Below are positions 9,977-20,800 of a DNA stretch of 57,712 bases, piece after piece. A program made the translations under genes and the position numbers. The first letter of the stretch is position 1, and each line of letters opens with the position of its first letter. The notes beneath the pieces were generated by a model. That model worked only from the letters and a program-made list of their open reading frames with translations, was not told where the DNA came from and made no database searches. This DNA is from a virus. Lineage: Duplodnaviria; Caudoviricetes. The DNA lies in the IMG/VR virus record IMGVR_UViG_3300030107_004068, positions 1 through 57,712 of that record; one strand, given 5' to 3'.

Positions 9977-10846
9977 ATGGCTTGGAAATACCCTCAAGAA
10001 TGGTTTGAAACTGGGGACATTATTGAGCCATCTGATTTTAGATTGAATCAGCAAGAATATCTTGGTGAGATTAATGGCAACTTAGATAATGACAATTTGT
10101 ATCAAAAGATGTTTGGGCAAGACAGTTTTTCTCAATATTCTTTCAACAGAGTTTATCACTCTGATGGAATAAATAACTATAAGGCTACTGACTTCGGTAA
10201 TCCCGATTCGGACTACTACGGCGGCGGGGTGCCGGGCAGTAAATTTGGAAATAAACATTCGGGTTTTGAATTTGATATGTCAACGGGTGGTTGGATATCT
10301 GAATGTGATGGTGAAAGAGATCGTGATGGAGATAACTACCCTTACCCGCAGTATAGGCCAAATCATTTACCAATAGTCGTTTTCGATGCTGAAGAAGACG
10401 GGATGATTATGGTTGACCTTAGTGCTAACCATACCTGGAAACCGCCTTATCATTCTGAATATGTAAGAGGCTCAGTCGATTATCAAGTTGATTATGGATA
10501 CTATCGACCAAAAGGAGCCAGATTCCAATTTTGGAACGCCTATGTTCACTGCATACAATATCGAGTAGTTTGTAATGGTTTTACAGTTTGTCAGACTGGC
10601 CCGATAGGAAATGAGTATCAACAACAACCCGTTTATTTGTGCGGAGCCCTGCCGATTAGCTCCGGTCGAAACGTGGTCAAACTCGAGGTTCGTTTTGTTT
10701 GGTACTCTCCAGGCACTGATAAAATGATTGATGCGGCCGCTAGGGATCCGGAGGCCACAACCACAGAGATTGGAAATCAAAATATTTTTCTAAAAAGAAA
10801 CTGTAGCATTACCAGCAGACTTATTGTTACTCACAGGAAGAGATAA
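9977..10846 (+). CDS. Tail appendage protein 1
   Basis: ATG at 9977 directly after the nozzle stop; N-terminus FETGDII...INGNLDNDNL resembles podovirus fibre-docking segments. Confidence 0.6.
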   Translation: MAWKYPQEWFETGDIIEPSDFRLNQQEYLGEINGNLDNDNLYQKMFGQDSFSQYSFNRVYHSDGINNYKATDFGNPDSDYYGGGVPGSKFGNKHSGFEFDMSTGGWISECDGERDRDGDNYPYPQYRPNHLPIVVFDAEEDGMIMVDLSANHTWKPPYHSEYVRGSVDYQVDYGYYRPKGARFQFWNAYVHCIQYRVVCNGFTVCQTGPIGNEYQQQPVYLCGALPISSGRNVVKLEVRFVWYSPGTDKMIDAAARDPEATTTEIGNQNIFLKRNCSITSRLIVTHRKR

Positions 10847-10847
10847 A

Positions 10848-11882
10848 GTGCCTATTATTAGTCCTAAAATTTTTGTAGAGGGAGACAAAACCAACACCTC
10901 AGACATAGAAAAAATTGATGCAGAATGGACCAAAGTAGATGGTAATTTAGATGCATCGAATATTAGAGAGGAGGGGTTAGATAGAAGAGTAATCAAAAGC
11001 TCTACTTGGGCAGACCCTGGAAAAAAACCAGGACAATCATATTTCTATAGTTCCGGCTTCGCTGAACAGAAATTTCCCCACAATGGGGCAATTGATGTTC
11101 ACAATTCTTTTATTAGTAGTGGAGTCGTAGTCCCTCTTTTTTCAAAAGCAAGGGGGGGAATGGACGACGGGACTGCGAGAATCAGTGCGACATGGGAGCT
11201 AAATAAAACTGCCGCAATGATCGTTAGGTGTAGTTTTCGTGTTGAGTGGAATGCATCATATATGGGTGCTGATGAAAATAGCCCTCATGGGGGCTACCCA
11301 GATGGCTGGGCAGAATATTATGGCCACGAAGAAGACCCCCCGCTTCCTTACCCTATTCGAGAGCTTGCTCGGTCTCCAATGTTTTTTTACTTATACCGAC
11401 ACGAACGAACTATAAATGTAGACGATGGATCGGTTGGCACTGCTCCAGAAGGTATATCTAAAAAACTTAGCCAGTGGTCTGACGTGAACCCATACGCAAA
11501 CAATAAATATGTTGATAGAGCAAGTGTTGCATTGAGTAGGCTTTTTGCTAGTCATGGAGGAAGAAAAGGCTACTACGACGCGGTGACTGGATATGATGGA
11601 GACTTAAGATCGAATGTAAGTGTTCCTGTCACTTTGATTGATGTCGTTACTCCAGAGATGATTTGGAACAACGATGAGTCTTCTTTTGTTCGTAAACATT
11701 TTGAGGATGGCAACAACGCTACGTTTAACTTTGATTGGTATCTTTATTTCAATCACATGTTTAGCAATTATTCTAGATCAGACCTTGCTACGCTTATAGA
11801 AGACAAGCCGCATATATTTGAAGTTTTACCCGGTGTTGAAATTCATGATATTAATTTTTATGTGCAAAAGATAAATAGGTAG
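10848..11882 (+). CDS. Tail appendage protein 2
   Basis: GTG at 10848; N-terminus FVEGDKT...VDGNLDASNI is similar to the preceding gene. Confidence 0.6.
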   Translation: MPIISPKIFVEGDKTNTSDIEKIDAEWTKVDGNLDASNIREEGLDRRVIKSSTWADPGKKPGQSYFYSSGFAEQKFPHNGAIDVHNSFISSGVVVPLFSKARGGMDDGTARISATWELNKTAAMIVRCSFRVEWNASYMGADENSPHGGYPDGWAEYYGHEEDPPLPYPIRELARSPMFFYLYRHERTINVDDGSVGTAPEGISKKLSQWSDVNPYANNKYVDRASVALSRLFASHGGRKGYYDAVTGYDGDLRSNVSVPVTLIDVVTPEMIWNNDESSFVRKHFEDGNNATFNFDWYLYFNHMFSNYSRSDLATLIEDKPHIFEVLPGVEIHDINFYVQKINR

Positions 11883-11886
11883 TTTT

Positions 11887-12864
11887 ATGATCACTTGGCC
11901 ACATATACCGTCTGGATCAGAAATATCGGCTACAGTGTTGAAGCAAAGATTGTCGTTAGTTCAACGTTTTCTTAATTACGATATTGATAGTATCCATGAT
12001 TTTAACTTCGATGAAGGTAAAGCATTAGAAACGAAAAACATATATAAGCCAGACTTGTTTGGTTCACCGTCACCACGAATGGAGGCAGTAAGTAGTCAGG
12101 TTCACTTTAGAAGAACAGAAAATGATTATTCTCAAGGTGTTTATTTTTCTACCGCGACAGTTGGTCGAAGATATGTTGCTATCCCTGGCTTGTGTACAAG
12201 GATCAAGGTTGCAAAACCTGGATTCGTGCATTTTAGGTGTTCCTTTTATGCGTTTGAAACCGGAGGGGCAGCGAGAGCTAAAGCAGAGTATAAATGGATT
12301 GCAAAATCAGAGACCCCAGCGCCCAAACACCCTACTGATAAAACTAAATATGGGCTTGAATATACAACTGCTGCAATCACAAAATTATTTGTAAACAACA
12401 AAGCAATTGGCAGCACGGCCAGATACATAAAGGCGGGCCAAGTTAGGTCCATTGATCAGACAGGACAAAACTGTTTTGGTGGTCATATCCTTCAAACTAT
12501 GCTCTCAAGGCATCAATACAGCGTTGTTTACAGGCAATATCTGGATGAGGGAGTACATGACATTGGGATATGTATAAAGCCCAATAAACACTACACTGCT
12601 TTTATGATGGGTAACGCTTATGAACATTCTGGAAGCAGTAAGGCCAGAGTTTACCAGCAAAAGCATATATATGTTTTAGCCCGGTCAATGGTTGCTGATT
12701 TCGTATATAATGACGGCGACTATGACATTACAATTGAATCTTCTGAAGATGAAGAATACAACACTATCGAGGAGGATATTGGCGGAGACGAAAGGATTTA
12801 TGAAAGTGATGAAACTGCTCCAATCGACACTGTTCCATCAACTATCGATGACGTTAGTTATTAA
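11887..12864 (+). CDS. Tail appendage protein 3
   Basis: 325-aa ORF with related N-terminus (IPSGSEISA...LNYDID), beta-rich body and acidic C-terminus. Confidence 0.55.
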   Translation: MITWPHIPSGSEISATVLKQRLSLVQRFLNYDIDSIHDFNFDEGKALETKNIYKPDLFGSPSPRMEAVSSQVHFRRTENDYSQGVYFSTATVGRRYVAIPGLCTRIKVAKPGFVHFRCSFYAFETGGAARAKAEYKWIAKSETPAPKHPTDKTKYGLEYTTAAITKLFVNNKAIGSTARYIKAGQVRSIDQTGQNCFGGHILQTMLSRHQYSVVYRQYLDEGVHDIGICIKPNKHYTAFMMGNAYEHSGSSKARVYQQKHIYVLARSMVADFVYNDGDYDITIESSEDEEYNTIEEDIGGDERIYESDETAPIDTVPSTIDDVSY

Positions 12865-12942
12865 ATTTGATCGAGACTAGCATGCTGTGTCGAGTGTTTT
12901 CTGGTATGTTACGTAGTGTACTGATTAAAGGAATTGTTGCTT

Positions 12943-13365
12943 ATGGGATACGGCCAGCAAGTAGATAGCTATGAGTCTGCTGGAGCCTCTGCGGGAGCCT
13001 CACAGGGATTGACTCAGGGCGCCGGGCTTGGCGCTCTAGCTGGATCAGTCCTTGGTGGGCCAGTTGGCGGGGTTGTTGGCGCTGTTGCTGGTGGCGCTAT
13101 CGGATTTTTTACCGGCAAAAGCAAGGGCGCTAAGGCTGGAAGAGCCGAAGGCCGACGGCGGGCGGCAGCACATTACAGGAAAAAAGTACTCAGAACAAAA
13201 TCCGCAGAAGACAAAGCCCAGGCGACTGCTTTGGCAAAGGCTAAGGGTATGAAGCTAGGCGGTTCTGATGATTTAATTTTGTCAGGAAGCATGGGCCCCG
13301 TACAGAACGTAGGGTCTGGCGGAAGGCATGACGCATGGCATGATAGAACATTTGGAACAGTTTGA
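12943..13365 (+). CDS. Glycine-zipper ejection/pilot protein (putative)
   Basis: GAGLGALAGSVLGGPVGGVVGAVAGGAIG glycine zipper; first gene of the internal-virion block. Confidence 0.6.
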   Translation: MGYGQQVDSYESAGASAGASQGLTQGAGLGALAGSVLGGPVGGVVGAVAGGAIGFFTGKSKGAKAGRAEGRRRAAAHYRKKVLRTKSAEDKAQATALAKAKGMKLGGSDDLILSGSMGPVQNVGSGGRHDAWHDRTFGTV

Positions 13366-13372
13366 GGTAACG

Positions 13373-14494
13373 ATGGGAATTTACGACGATCCACTTATTG
13401 ATGCTCAAACAGCAAACACTATTCTCGGTGAAAGTCGTGAGTATGAGACACTGAAGCCAGGTCAGCTTCAAACCGCAGCAGGACAACCCGCTTCAGGGTA
13501 TAAGCTCGCCTATGTTCCTTCAGACTATACGGAAGACCCGAACCTGAAAGCCATGCAAATGCAGGGTCAAAGAAATCAGGCGATCTTCGGTGGACTGTTC
13601 TCTCTTGGCGCTGAAGGTGTCCAGTACGCTCTTGGAAGGGCGTCGGCTGCTAAGATGGAGGCAGAGGCCAAAAGTAGACTGGCTGCAGGCCCAAGGCTGC
13701 CCAGTGATGCTGATATGGAAGCCATTGAGGCAGGAATCGTTGCGCCAGCAAAACAAGCTGCTGCAGAGTCCGCTCTTCGGGCCCAAAAAGCCATTGCCTC
13801 GAGTCAAGGCAGAATAAGCTCTAGAGATCTGCTCGAATCTGAAAAGGCGGCTGTAGACGTAGTTCCTCAAGCAGCAGCAGTTGCTCAACTCAAAAAGGCT
13901 GATCTTGTTGAGAAAGCAGTTGATGAATTCGAAGATGATGAAGCTGCGCTGTTGCACTTTATCTCTGAATCCGAGAAGAAGACGCACTACGAGCCTTTTG
14001 CTAAGTTTACTGGCAACTTGGCCGAAGTCATGGGCCAGATCATGAAGTACGCGCCCGCCAAGGACTACATGAACGAAGTGGACTACTTGCGCTCTAAGAA
14101 CGTACCAGACCACATTATTGCTCAGGCCCTCGAATCAACTAAAGGCTTGAACAAAAAGCAAAAGGCTGCAGCGCTAGCTAAGGTCATTGACATACATGGC
14201 CGCGAAAGGACTGCGCAACTCGCGCGGGAAAGAGCACCAGCAAAGGCTCCTCCTCCGGTTACAATAACTAAGGTTGAGCCTAAGGTTGAGTGGAAGCCTG
14301 CTGAAGAATACTGGACCGGGAAATCGAAGGCTGAGGGTAATAGTTTTAGGGCTTGGGCTCTAAAGTCTTATCCAGACCTTGGAAAGGGTACACCAAACGA
14401 TAGGCTCGACCCAGCCGGGAACACAACCAGTTCTGCTTTCAAGAACGCTTGGAACAAGTACGGTAAAGAGTACCTAAATCAAACAACAAAGTAG
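13373..14494 (+). CDS. Internal virion/ejection protein (putative)
   Basis: ATG after GAGG; Ala/Gln-rich helical protein with a small C-terminal domain after a Pro linker. Confidence 0.6.
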   Translation: MGIYDDPLIDAQTANTILGESREYETLKPGQLQTAAGQPASGYKLAYVPSDYTEDPNLKAMQMQGQRNQAIFGGLFSLGAEGVQYALGRASAAKMEAEAKSRLAAGPRLPSDADMEAIEAGIVAPAKQAAAESALRAQKAIASSQGRISSRDLLESEKAAVDVVPQAAAVAQLKKADLVEKAVDEFEDDEAALLHFISESEKKTHYEPFAKFTGNLAEVMGQIMKYAPAKDYMNEVDYLRSKNVPDHIIAQALESTKGLNKKQKAAALAKVIDIHGRERTAQLARERAPAKAPPPVTITKVEPKVEWKPAEEYWTGKSKAEGNSFRAWALKSYPDLGKGTPNDRLDPAGNTTSSAFKNAWNKYGKEYLNQTTK

Positions 14495-14503
14495 GTAAAT
14501 CAA

Positions 14504-15007
14504 ATGGCGGATTTTAGAAGGCTATTTGATGACCCGATGTTTCTCAATTTGATGAGAAATGCTTTCCGTAGCTTTAGGCTGCCGCCCGACTCTGTCGGCA
14601 GGTCACAGATAAAGTCAAAATCAATCGAAGCAAATCATTGCAATCTTAACGGTAATTGGAATTTTACCGGCAACGTGCAAATACCTAAATCTGCTATTGG
14701 GTCATTGAATCCATTTTTGGTTCAAGTGAGACGTGTGTTCGATAATCACGTTTTGAATTCAAGCCCGATAATCATTGCAAGCGCTGCAAAGAAAAACATC
14801 TGTATTAATCTTCCAGAAGCTATATCTAAGAAAAACTACATTTACATTGTGAAAAGATCAGACAGTAATGAGCAATTTACTTGTGAGCTTATGGCTTCCG
14901 CTAATGATACGATAGATGATGTTACGTCAGTATCTATTCCTGCTCGCGGATGCTTGGTCTGCGTTTCTTCTGGATTTGGTTGGCATATTCTCGCTAACTA
15001 CTCGTAA
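14504..15007 (+). CDS. Small tail-fibre-domain-like protein
   Basis: INLPEA...YIYIVKRSD...DTIDD...SSGFGWHI pattern common in fibre C-terminal domains. Confidence 0.55.
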   Translation: MADFRRLFDDPMFLNLMRNAFRSFRLPPDSVGRSQIKSKSIEANHCNLNGNWNFTGNVQIPKSAIGSLNPFLVQVRRVFDNHVLNSSPIIIASAAKKNICINLPEAISKKNYIYIVKRSDSNEQFTCELMASANDTIDDVTSVSIPARGCLVCVSSGFGWHILANYS

Positions 15008-15019
15008 TAAAAGGGGTTT

Positions 15020-16894
15020 TTGATGGGCTATAGAGTAAAAACAGCAGTAATGTTCGACCCATCTTTTGATTCTGGTCAGTCCGCATTTAAGGCATACTGG
15101 GCCGGTCACCTTGGTCGCGCTGAGATGAACATGGCGATCTGGAAGGCCAGGTTGAAAATGGCTTCACCTGAGACGCGCAGGGCGGTCGAGAAAGACCTAA
15201 ATGATCGTATCTATAAGCTGACCAAGCTGAAGACAGACATGATCAAGGCGAAGCAAGAGGGCAATCAAGAACTTCTTATGAAGACGATGGAGTTGATTCA
15301 AAAAGACATCGACTCTAGGAATGATTTGGCCAAGACCAAAATTACTGCTTCTGCTGGCATTAAAAAACAACAAGCGGATCGGTTGATTGAATTCGAAAAT
15401 GCTGGACCAGTAGGTGACGCTAGAGCAGTAATTACTTCTATGCCAGACAGGATTGCGCCTAACATTGGTAAGGTTCCGCCTAACATCAGCGGCAACGCTC
15501 TTCTGACGCACCCAGCAACCAAGTCAGCGTTTACTCAGCTTGATATGGTTTTTAACGACGCTGCTAATCAGGCAAACACCCAGACCGAGGTTGATAGAGT
15601 TGCCGCAGACATGCTCGGCCAAATTATGAAGATGAATACGGGTGAAGGTGATCGCGGTCGCCTTATGAAAAACGCTTTGATTCATCGTCTGGCGAGAACT
15701 GTTTCTCTTAATACCAACGTGAACTATGGCAGTGGCTCAGACATGGTCAACTCTTTGACTATGAAGTACAGCGACAAAGCCCTTGGTCTTACCCAAGATC
15801 AGTTGGCTGCAGTCGTTGGATACGGTGGCGGAAGGTTTGACCCTGGATCGATTATTAAATCAATGGGCGGCCCCGGCGCTCTTGGCGGGTCTACAGTCTC
15901 TGACATTAGAACTACGGCTGAGACTATCGATAATGAGATTGCTCGCCTCAGAGGTGAGTTGGAGCTTGCAAAGCAAGAAACGGCTGCATCCAGAAAAGAG
16001 TTCGATTGGCTGATGAGGGGAGGGATGGGCAACATGGCCCTACGTCCTGTTGGCTCGAAGCTTACCCCAAGCCCGGTGGCCGAATATGTCCGTGGAATCG
16101 GGGATTTGTACCAAGCAGACCCAGAGTATGCGAAGAGGTTTCTGGATACTGGCGATGTAGGCAGGGCTGGCCCACCAACTCCATTCCAAGAGCAGCTTGA
16201 TGATCCCACTAAGAAGTACATGAGTGGAGTAGACTACCTTCAAAACTCGGTAAATGAGCTTAAGGAAATGTTCGGCCCAACGACGCCTTATGCGCCAGAA
16301 ACAGCAAAGCAGATGGCCCGCCAAAAGCTTATCGAAATGGCTAACGCTATTAAGCCTGTTGAGGTTGGTGGATCAGGGATTCTAGACCCATCGAATTTGA
16401 CTGAAAAGATTACGATGAGCCACAAGGGCCGAAGCCAAGAAGTTTCTCTCAAATCAGCACTTGAGAAAGCAGAGTCAGTGTTGACGGACCCAAATAAAAC
16501 AGAAGAACAAAAAGACGCTGTTACAAACTCAATTTTGCAGGGCCTAACTTTCGATTACACACGAAGAGAAATTCCATTGGTTCCTCCAGAGAGAGAGCAA
16601 ACCATGATTGGAACGGATCTTGGAGACAGGCTTAAGTCTGCGATTGACTCTAAAGACGCTGGCGATTCGGGTTCATACTATGGCCAAGTTACTCAGCTAT
16701 ATAACGACGTTGTGCAGAGGCCTGAAAGCACTTGGGGCGGCCTTGAGCGGTCTCTTGTTGAATCTGTACAACAAAATCTAATCAATCCACAGACAAGAAA
16801 TTCTGATGTGTTTGATTTCAAGCTTAGAGAACTCGTTAAGCCTGAGATGCTCGAACCTGACTACGGGCAAGGCCCATTGATTGAGGAGCAATAA
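15020..16894 (+). CDS. Internal virion/ejection protein (putative)
   Basis: 624-aa helical/coiled-coil ORF in the ejection block. Confidence 0.6.
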   Translation: MMGYRVKTAVMFDPSFDSGQSAFKAYWAGHLGRAEMNMAIWKARLKMASPETRRAVEKDLNDRIYKLTKLKTDMIKAKQEGNQELLMKTMELIQKDIDSRNDLAKTKITASAGIKKQQADRLIEFENAGPVGDARAVITSMPDRIAPNIGKVPPNISGNALLTHPATKSAFTQLDMVFNDAANQANTQTEVDRVAADMLGQIMKMNTGEGDRGRLMKNALIHRLARTVSLNTNVNYGSGSDMVNSLTMKYSDKALGLTQDQLAAVVGYGGGRFDPGSIIKSMGGPGALGGSTVSDIRTTAETIDNEIARLRGELELAKQETAASRKEFDWLMRGGMGNMALRPVGSKLTPSPVAEYVRGIGDLYQADPEYAKRFLDTGDVGRAGPPTPFQEQLDDPTKKYMSGVDYLQNSVNELKEMFGPTTPYAPETAKQMARQKLIEMANAIKPVEVGGSGILDPSNLTEKITMSHKGRSQEVSLKSALEKAESVLTDPNKTEEQKDAVTNSILQGLTFDYTRREIPLVPPEREQTMIGTDLGDRLKSAIDSKDAGDSGSYYGQVTQLYNDVVQRPESTWGGLERSLVESVQQNLINPQTRNSDVFDFKLRELVKPEMLEPDYGQGPLIEEQ

Positions 16895-16895
16895 A

Positions 16896-17792
16896 ATGGC
16901 AACGACTGGGGCAACTGAGGCTGAGGAAAGGGCAGCGCTTGACGATTTGTTCGGTGATCCCGTAGACCCTAAAACCCAAGCTGAACTACAATCAGCAGAG
17001 GACGACCGCATTGTTCAACAGGGGCTTGCTGGCGGCGGCGGCGGTGGTGGCGGCGGAAGCGATCTAGGTGTTGCCTCTGCTGGATCTAATCAGGTTCGAG
17101 ATGATCTTGGGATTGAGTACTCGGCTGATCTTGGTGATGCAGGGCCGTTTCAAATTAATGACCCAAGATGGGAAGGGGCTTCGCTGTACTCCTCACAAAA
17201 GGAGCCTACTGCCACCCAAGCACCAAAGAGACAACTTCCAGAGAATATCAGTTTGAGCCTAATTACCAATGAGGATTTGAGATCACTTGCTGACTCTGAA
17301 ACTCTTCCTAAGTTTTTGGAAGGTACGGTCTATGAAAGTCAATTCTCTAAAGCAAAAGACTCATTTGAAAGGGAAGATATTTTAAGGAAGGCGACCAGAG
17401 CGCAAAGGGGTAGTGCCGCTTTTGCTGAAAAGCGCGATGCGTTTTTGCAGCATGAAAAGACTGCAGAGATTGGTGTTCCAATTGCCGCTGGTGGTGCTTT
17501 TGTAGGTGCTGCCGCCGCTGCGGGCGCACCAATTCTTAGTTCAATAGCGCAAGGTATCGGGCCATTTTCCTCCTATGTGGCCGGATCTTTCCCCTACCTT
17601 GTGAAGGGTGGCGGCCTATACTACGTTGCTAAAAGCGCTTACGATGACATCATGGCCGATCCTCAAATAACTGAAGAAAAAGCACAGAGGATGGTTGAAG
17701 AGGAAGTTCAGAACTATATGAGAGCGCAAAAAGACACTGGAACTCCACCCGTTTCTGATGCTACAAAAGACACTGGAAAGACGGCGCAATAG
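16896..17792 (+). CDS. Hypothetical virion protein with poly-Gly tract and hydrophobic segment
   Basis: ATG after GAGGAG; eight-Gly run; IGVPIAAGGAFVGAAAAAGAPIL hydrophobic stretch. Confidence 0.6.
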   Translation: MATTGATEAEERAALDDLFGDPVDPKTQAELQSAEDDRIVQQGLAGGGGGGGGGSDLGVASAGSNQVRDDLGIEYSADLGDAGPFQINDPRWEGASLYSSQKEPTATQAPKRQLPENISLSLITNEDLRSLADSETLPKFLEGTVYESQFSKAKDSFEREDILRKATRAQRGSAAFAEKRDAFLQHEKTAEIGVPIAAGGAFVGAAAAAGAPILSSIAQGIGPFSSYVAGSFPYLVKGGGLYYVAKSAYDDIMADPQITEEKAQRMVEEEVQNYMRAQKDTGTPPVSDATKDTGKTAQ

Positions 17793-17821
17793 GGTTGTTA
17801 TATAGATTTTGAGGGGCTCTC

Positions 17822-20800
17822 ATGGCTGAACCAGAAAACATGGAAGACGACGCTGTACTTCTTGAGTCATTCAAAAACTTCGATTTTGATGAGTTTGACT
17901 TTTCTGACAAAGAAGAACTGTTTTCACCAGAAAGCGAAAACCTCTTCAGTGACATAACAAAAGAGCAGGCCGCCTCTATCGAAGAGCCTATGTCTGGCGA
18001 GATGAGGTCAGCCGGAACAACGTACACATCTTATGATGTTCACTCTGCTCTTGTGGATATCAGCGAGCAGGTACGAGAAGCACTTAAGTTTCAACATCCT
18101 GGCGCAAGCGATGATGAGCTAACCAAGATGCTCGATGAAAAACTTTGGGCAGTGGACCAGTTTCCTCGTCACAGATCACTTCCAATGCCAGATGCTCCGT
18201 CTATAGATCGATTTCGGGAATTTATATCCGATGAGCCTACATGGCTTGCTGAATCTCCAAGCAAGTACATGAGAGGCATTTCTGAGGCCATCGAGGCGGG
18301 CAAGAGCGATGACGAAATAGAGTCATTGATTGAAAAAGCGCCCAAGTCCCATATGCCTGATGAGTTGTTTAAGGTTCAGGGCATTGCAGGAGCGTTTAGG
18401 TCTGCTCTTGGGCCGCGACTAATTAAGGCATCTGCTGGCTCTAAAACTCTTAAAACGCCTGAAATGCGGTGGTCCCAGCGTAGGCAGTCTGCTCGAGATT
18501 TCGATAAAATCATAAAAGAGCAGGGCAAGCTAGAGGCCATGAAAATGGCATGGGAAAGTAATCTTGCTATGCCAGAAGAAGAGGCCAAAGAGATTGGTCT
18601 TATTTCTGACAAGATGCTCGGTGAGGAGCGAGAGTCTTTTTGGGGTCGCGCTGTTGAAGACAGGGACGATGAGGGCTTTTTTATTCCCGCTGGCTTGAAA
18701 GATATTCCTGGGTTGGTCAAAAGAGGATTTACCAAGCTTGGTGTTCAAGATGTATTCGCTCCATTGTTTTTGGATGAGGAAGATTATGAGCAGTACAAAA
18801 AAGAAGCCAAAATGCTCACTCCCACTGAAGGCTGGGAAACGGTTGTCAGAACAGTATGGAACGAGAAGGATAAAGGTAAGAGCGCAGAAGAGATCAAATC
18901 TGACGTGCAAGAGCAACTGTATGCAACATTCTTGATGAACTCGTACAGCGACCTTCCATCATCTGTTCGCCTTGACCCTCCGTCTGCAGATATTTTAATC
19001 AAATACGCCGCTAAAAACCCCCAAGTAGCTAACGATAAAACAAGGCCTGGTCTTGCTCGGCTTGTCAGAGCAGCAAATGCTGGTGGCGCAACAAAGGCAG
19101 ATTTACAAAAAGCGCTTATGTCCGTTCCTTTTGGACAACTTCCTATCGAAATTTGGAGAGGAAACGTAAAAAGCCTAAGCGGTATTGTTGATAAAATTTA
19201 CGAAGGCGCTGATAAGTCTATTGAGGCTATTTCAGAAAGTGGTGGACTCGAGGCTAGAGAGCTTGAAAAAGACTTCACAGATCTCATGCTTACGACAGAA
19301 GAGCGCGACGGTGAGATCTATGTTGTAGAGTCTGGGATTGGACAGCTTTTGCGCATGGTCGGAATGGCAACAGAGACGGTTGCTGAGGCAGATATTTCTA
19401 TTCCTGGCTTGGAGTGGGCAGCGATTACGCCAGCAAGCAGAGACTTTTACTACGCTTGGGGAATCCGAGACGCCAACACCTCGTACTTGGCGCGTATTTT
19501 GGCAAACACAAGCTTGGGTGAAGTTGGATTTAGTCGTCACCTGACAGATGAGGCTTTGGCTCGAGGATATGATCAGGCCGATCCTATTTATCGTATGTAT
19601 GCGTACTTAGGTCTTGGTTTGGATTTCCTTGTCCCGTGGGAAAAATACCATGTAAGCGCAGCTATACGCCCCGTTCGTGCCGTTCATCGTGGGTACAAAG
19701 CCAATAAGCTTGTAGGGATGCCAGGTTTTAGGGCTCAAGCGTTTCTTGCTGGCATGTCTCCTACAGTGTATTCGTACATAAATAAGAGCAGTGAAAGGGT
19801 TTCGAAGTCATCCTATTCTTTGCAACAAAGGCTTGGAAAGTCTCCCGACATCTCAGACATAAAAGAGGCCTTAGCGAAAACTGGTGATGATATTCTCACC
19901 TACAATGAGCGATGGCTTGCGAGTAAGCTTGTTGAAAAAATGGAAGGTAAGAAGCCACTTTCTTACGATAAGGCTATCGATGAAATAGCCGTTAGCGCCA
20001 AGACCGATGTATTCGAAACGGTAGGAGATGTTGCTGAAAATATTGTCAGACACATCATGGACAGCCCTGATGGTGGATCTTTGCTTCGAAACCTTCCATG
20101 GCAGTTCAGAAGGGAGATCGACGATATTATTCTCGCTAGTGGCGCTGACCCAAGTTTGGTTAGAGAGGCCGTAAAGGCCTACATGGGTGTTTCTCGCAGA
20201 ACGCATCTTGCTGCTCTTGAAGTTCTTATGCGTAAGGGCGACCCAGACACTCAGCTTTTACGGGCCAGTGATGAATACCAGGCGGTTTTGAAGCAAGTAA
20301 ACGACTTGCTTGATGAGGGCGACATCACTGCTGATCAGGTTCCTGTACTGATGGCTCTGCTTGAGAACCGTGCATATACGCTTGCTGCAGATGAGGCGGT
20401 AACGAGCATTGCTGAGCCTGTTGATTTCTTCAAAAAAGTAAAGATTAGAAGAACCAAGAAGGCTGTTGATGATGCGCAGCCATCGAAAACGTCTGATCTT
20501 TTGGACATAGAGAAGAGATTCAAGTCTACACAAAAAGACGTTTCTGATTTCGAAGTTGCTGTTGAAGACTTTCAAAAGGTTGTTTCTGGAAAAGATGATC
20601 TGGATAAACAGCTTAGGTCTGTAAATAATAAAATAGACAAGCTTACTAAGAAGATTCTTGGTGATGATTACGTTGAATTAGAAAAAGGACTAACACTAGA
20701 CCTCGATGATATTGAAGCGGACAACGCTCAACGTCTTAGGGCTTCACAGGTTGGAACAGAAAAACAGAAAAAAGACCTTTCCGCGTTGCTTGAGAAGCAA

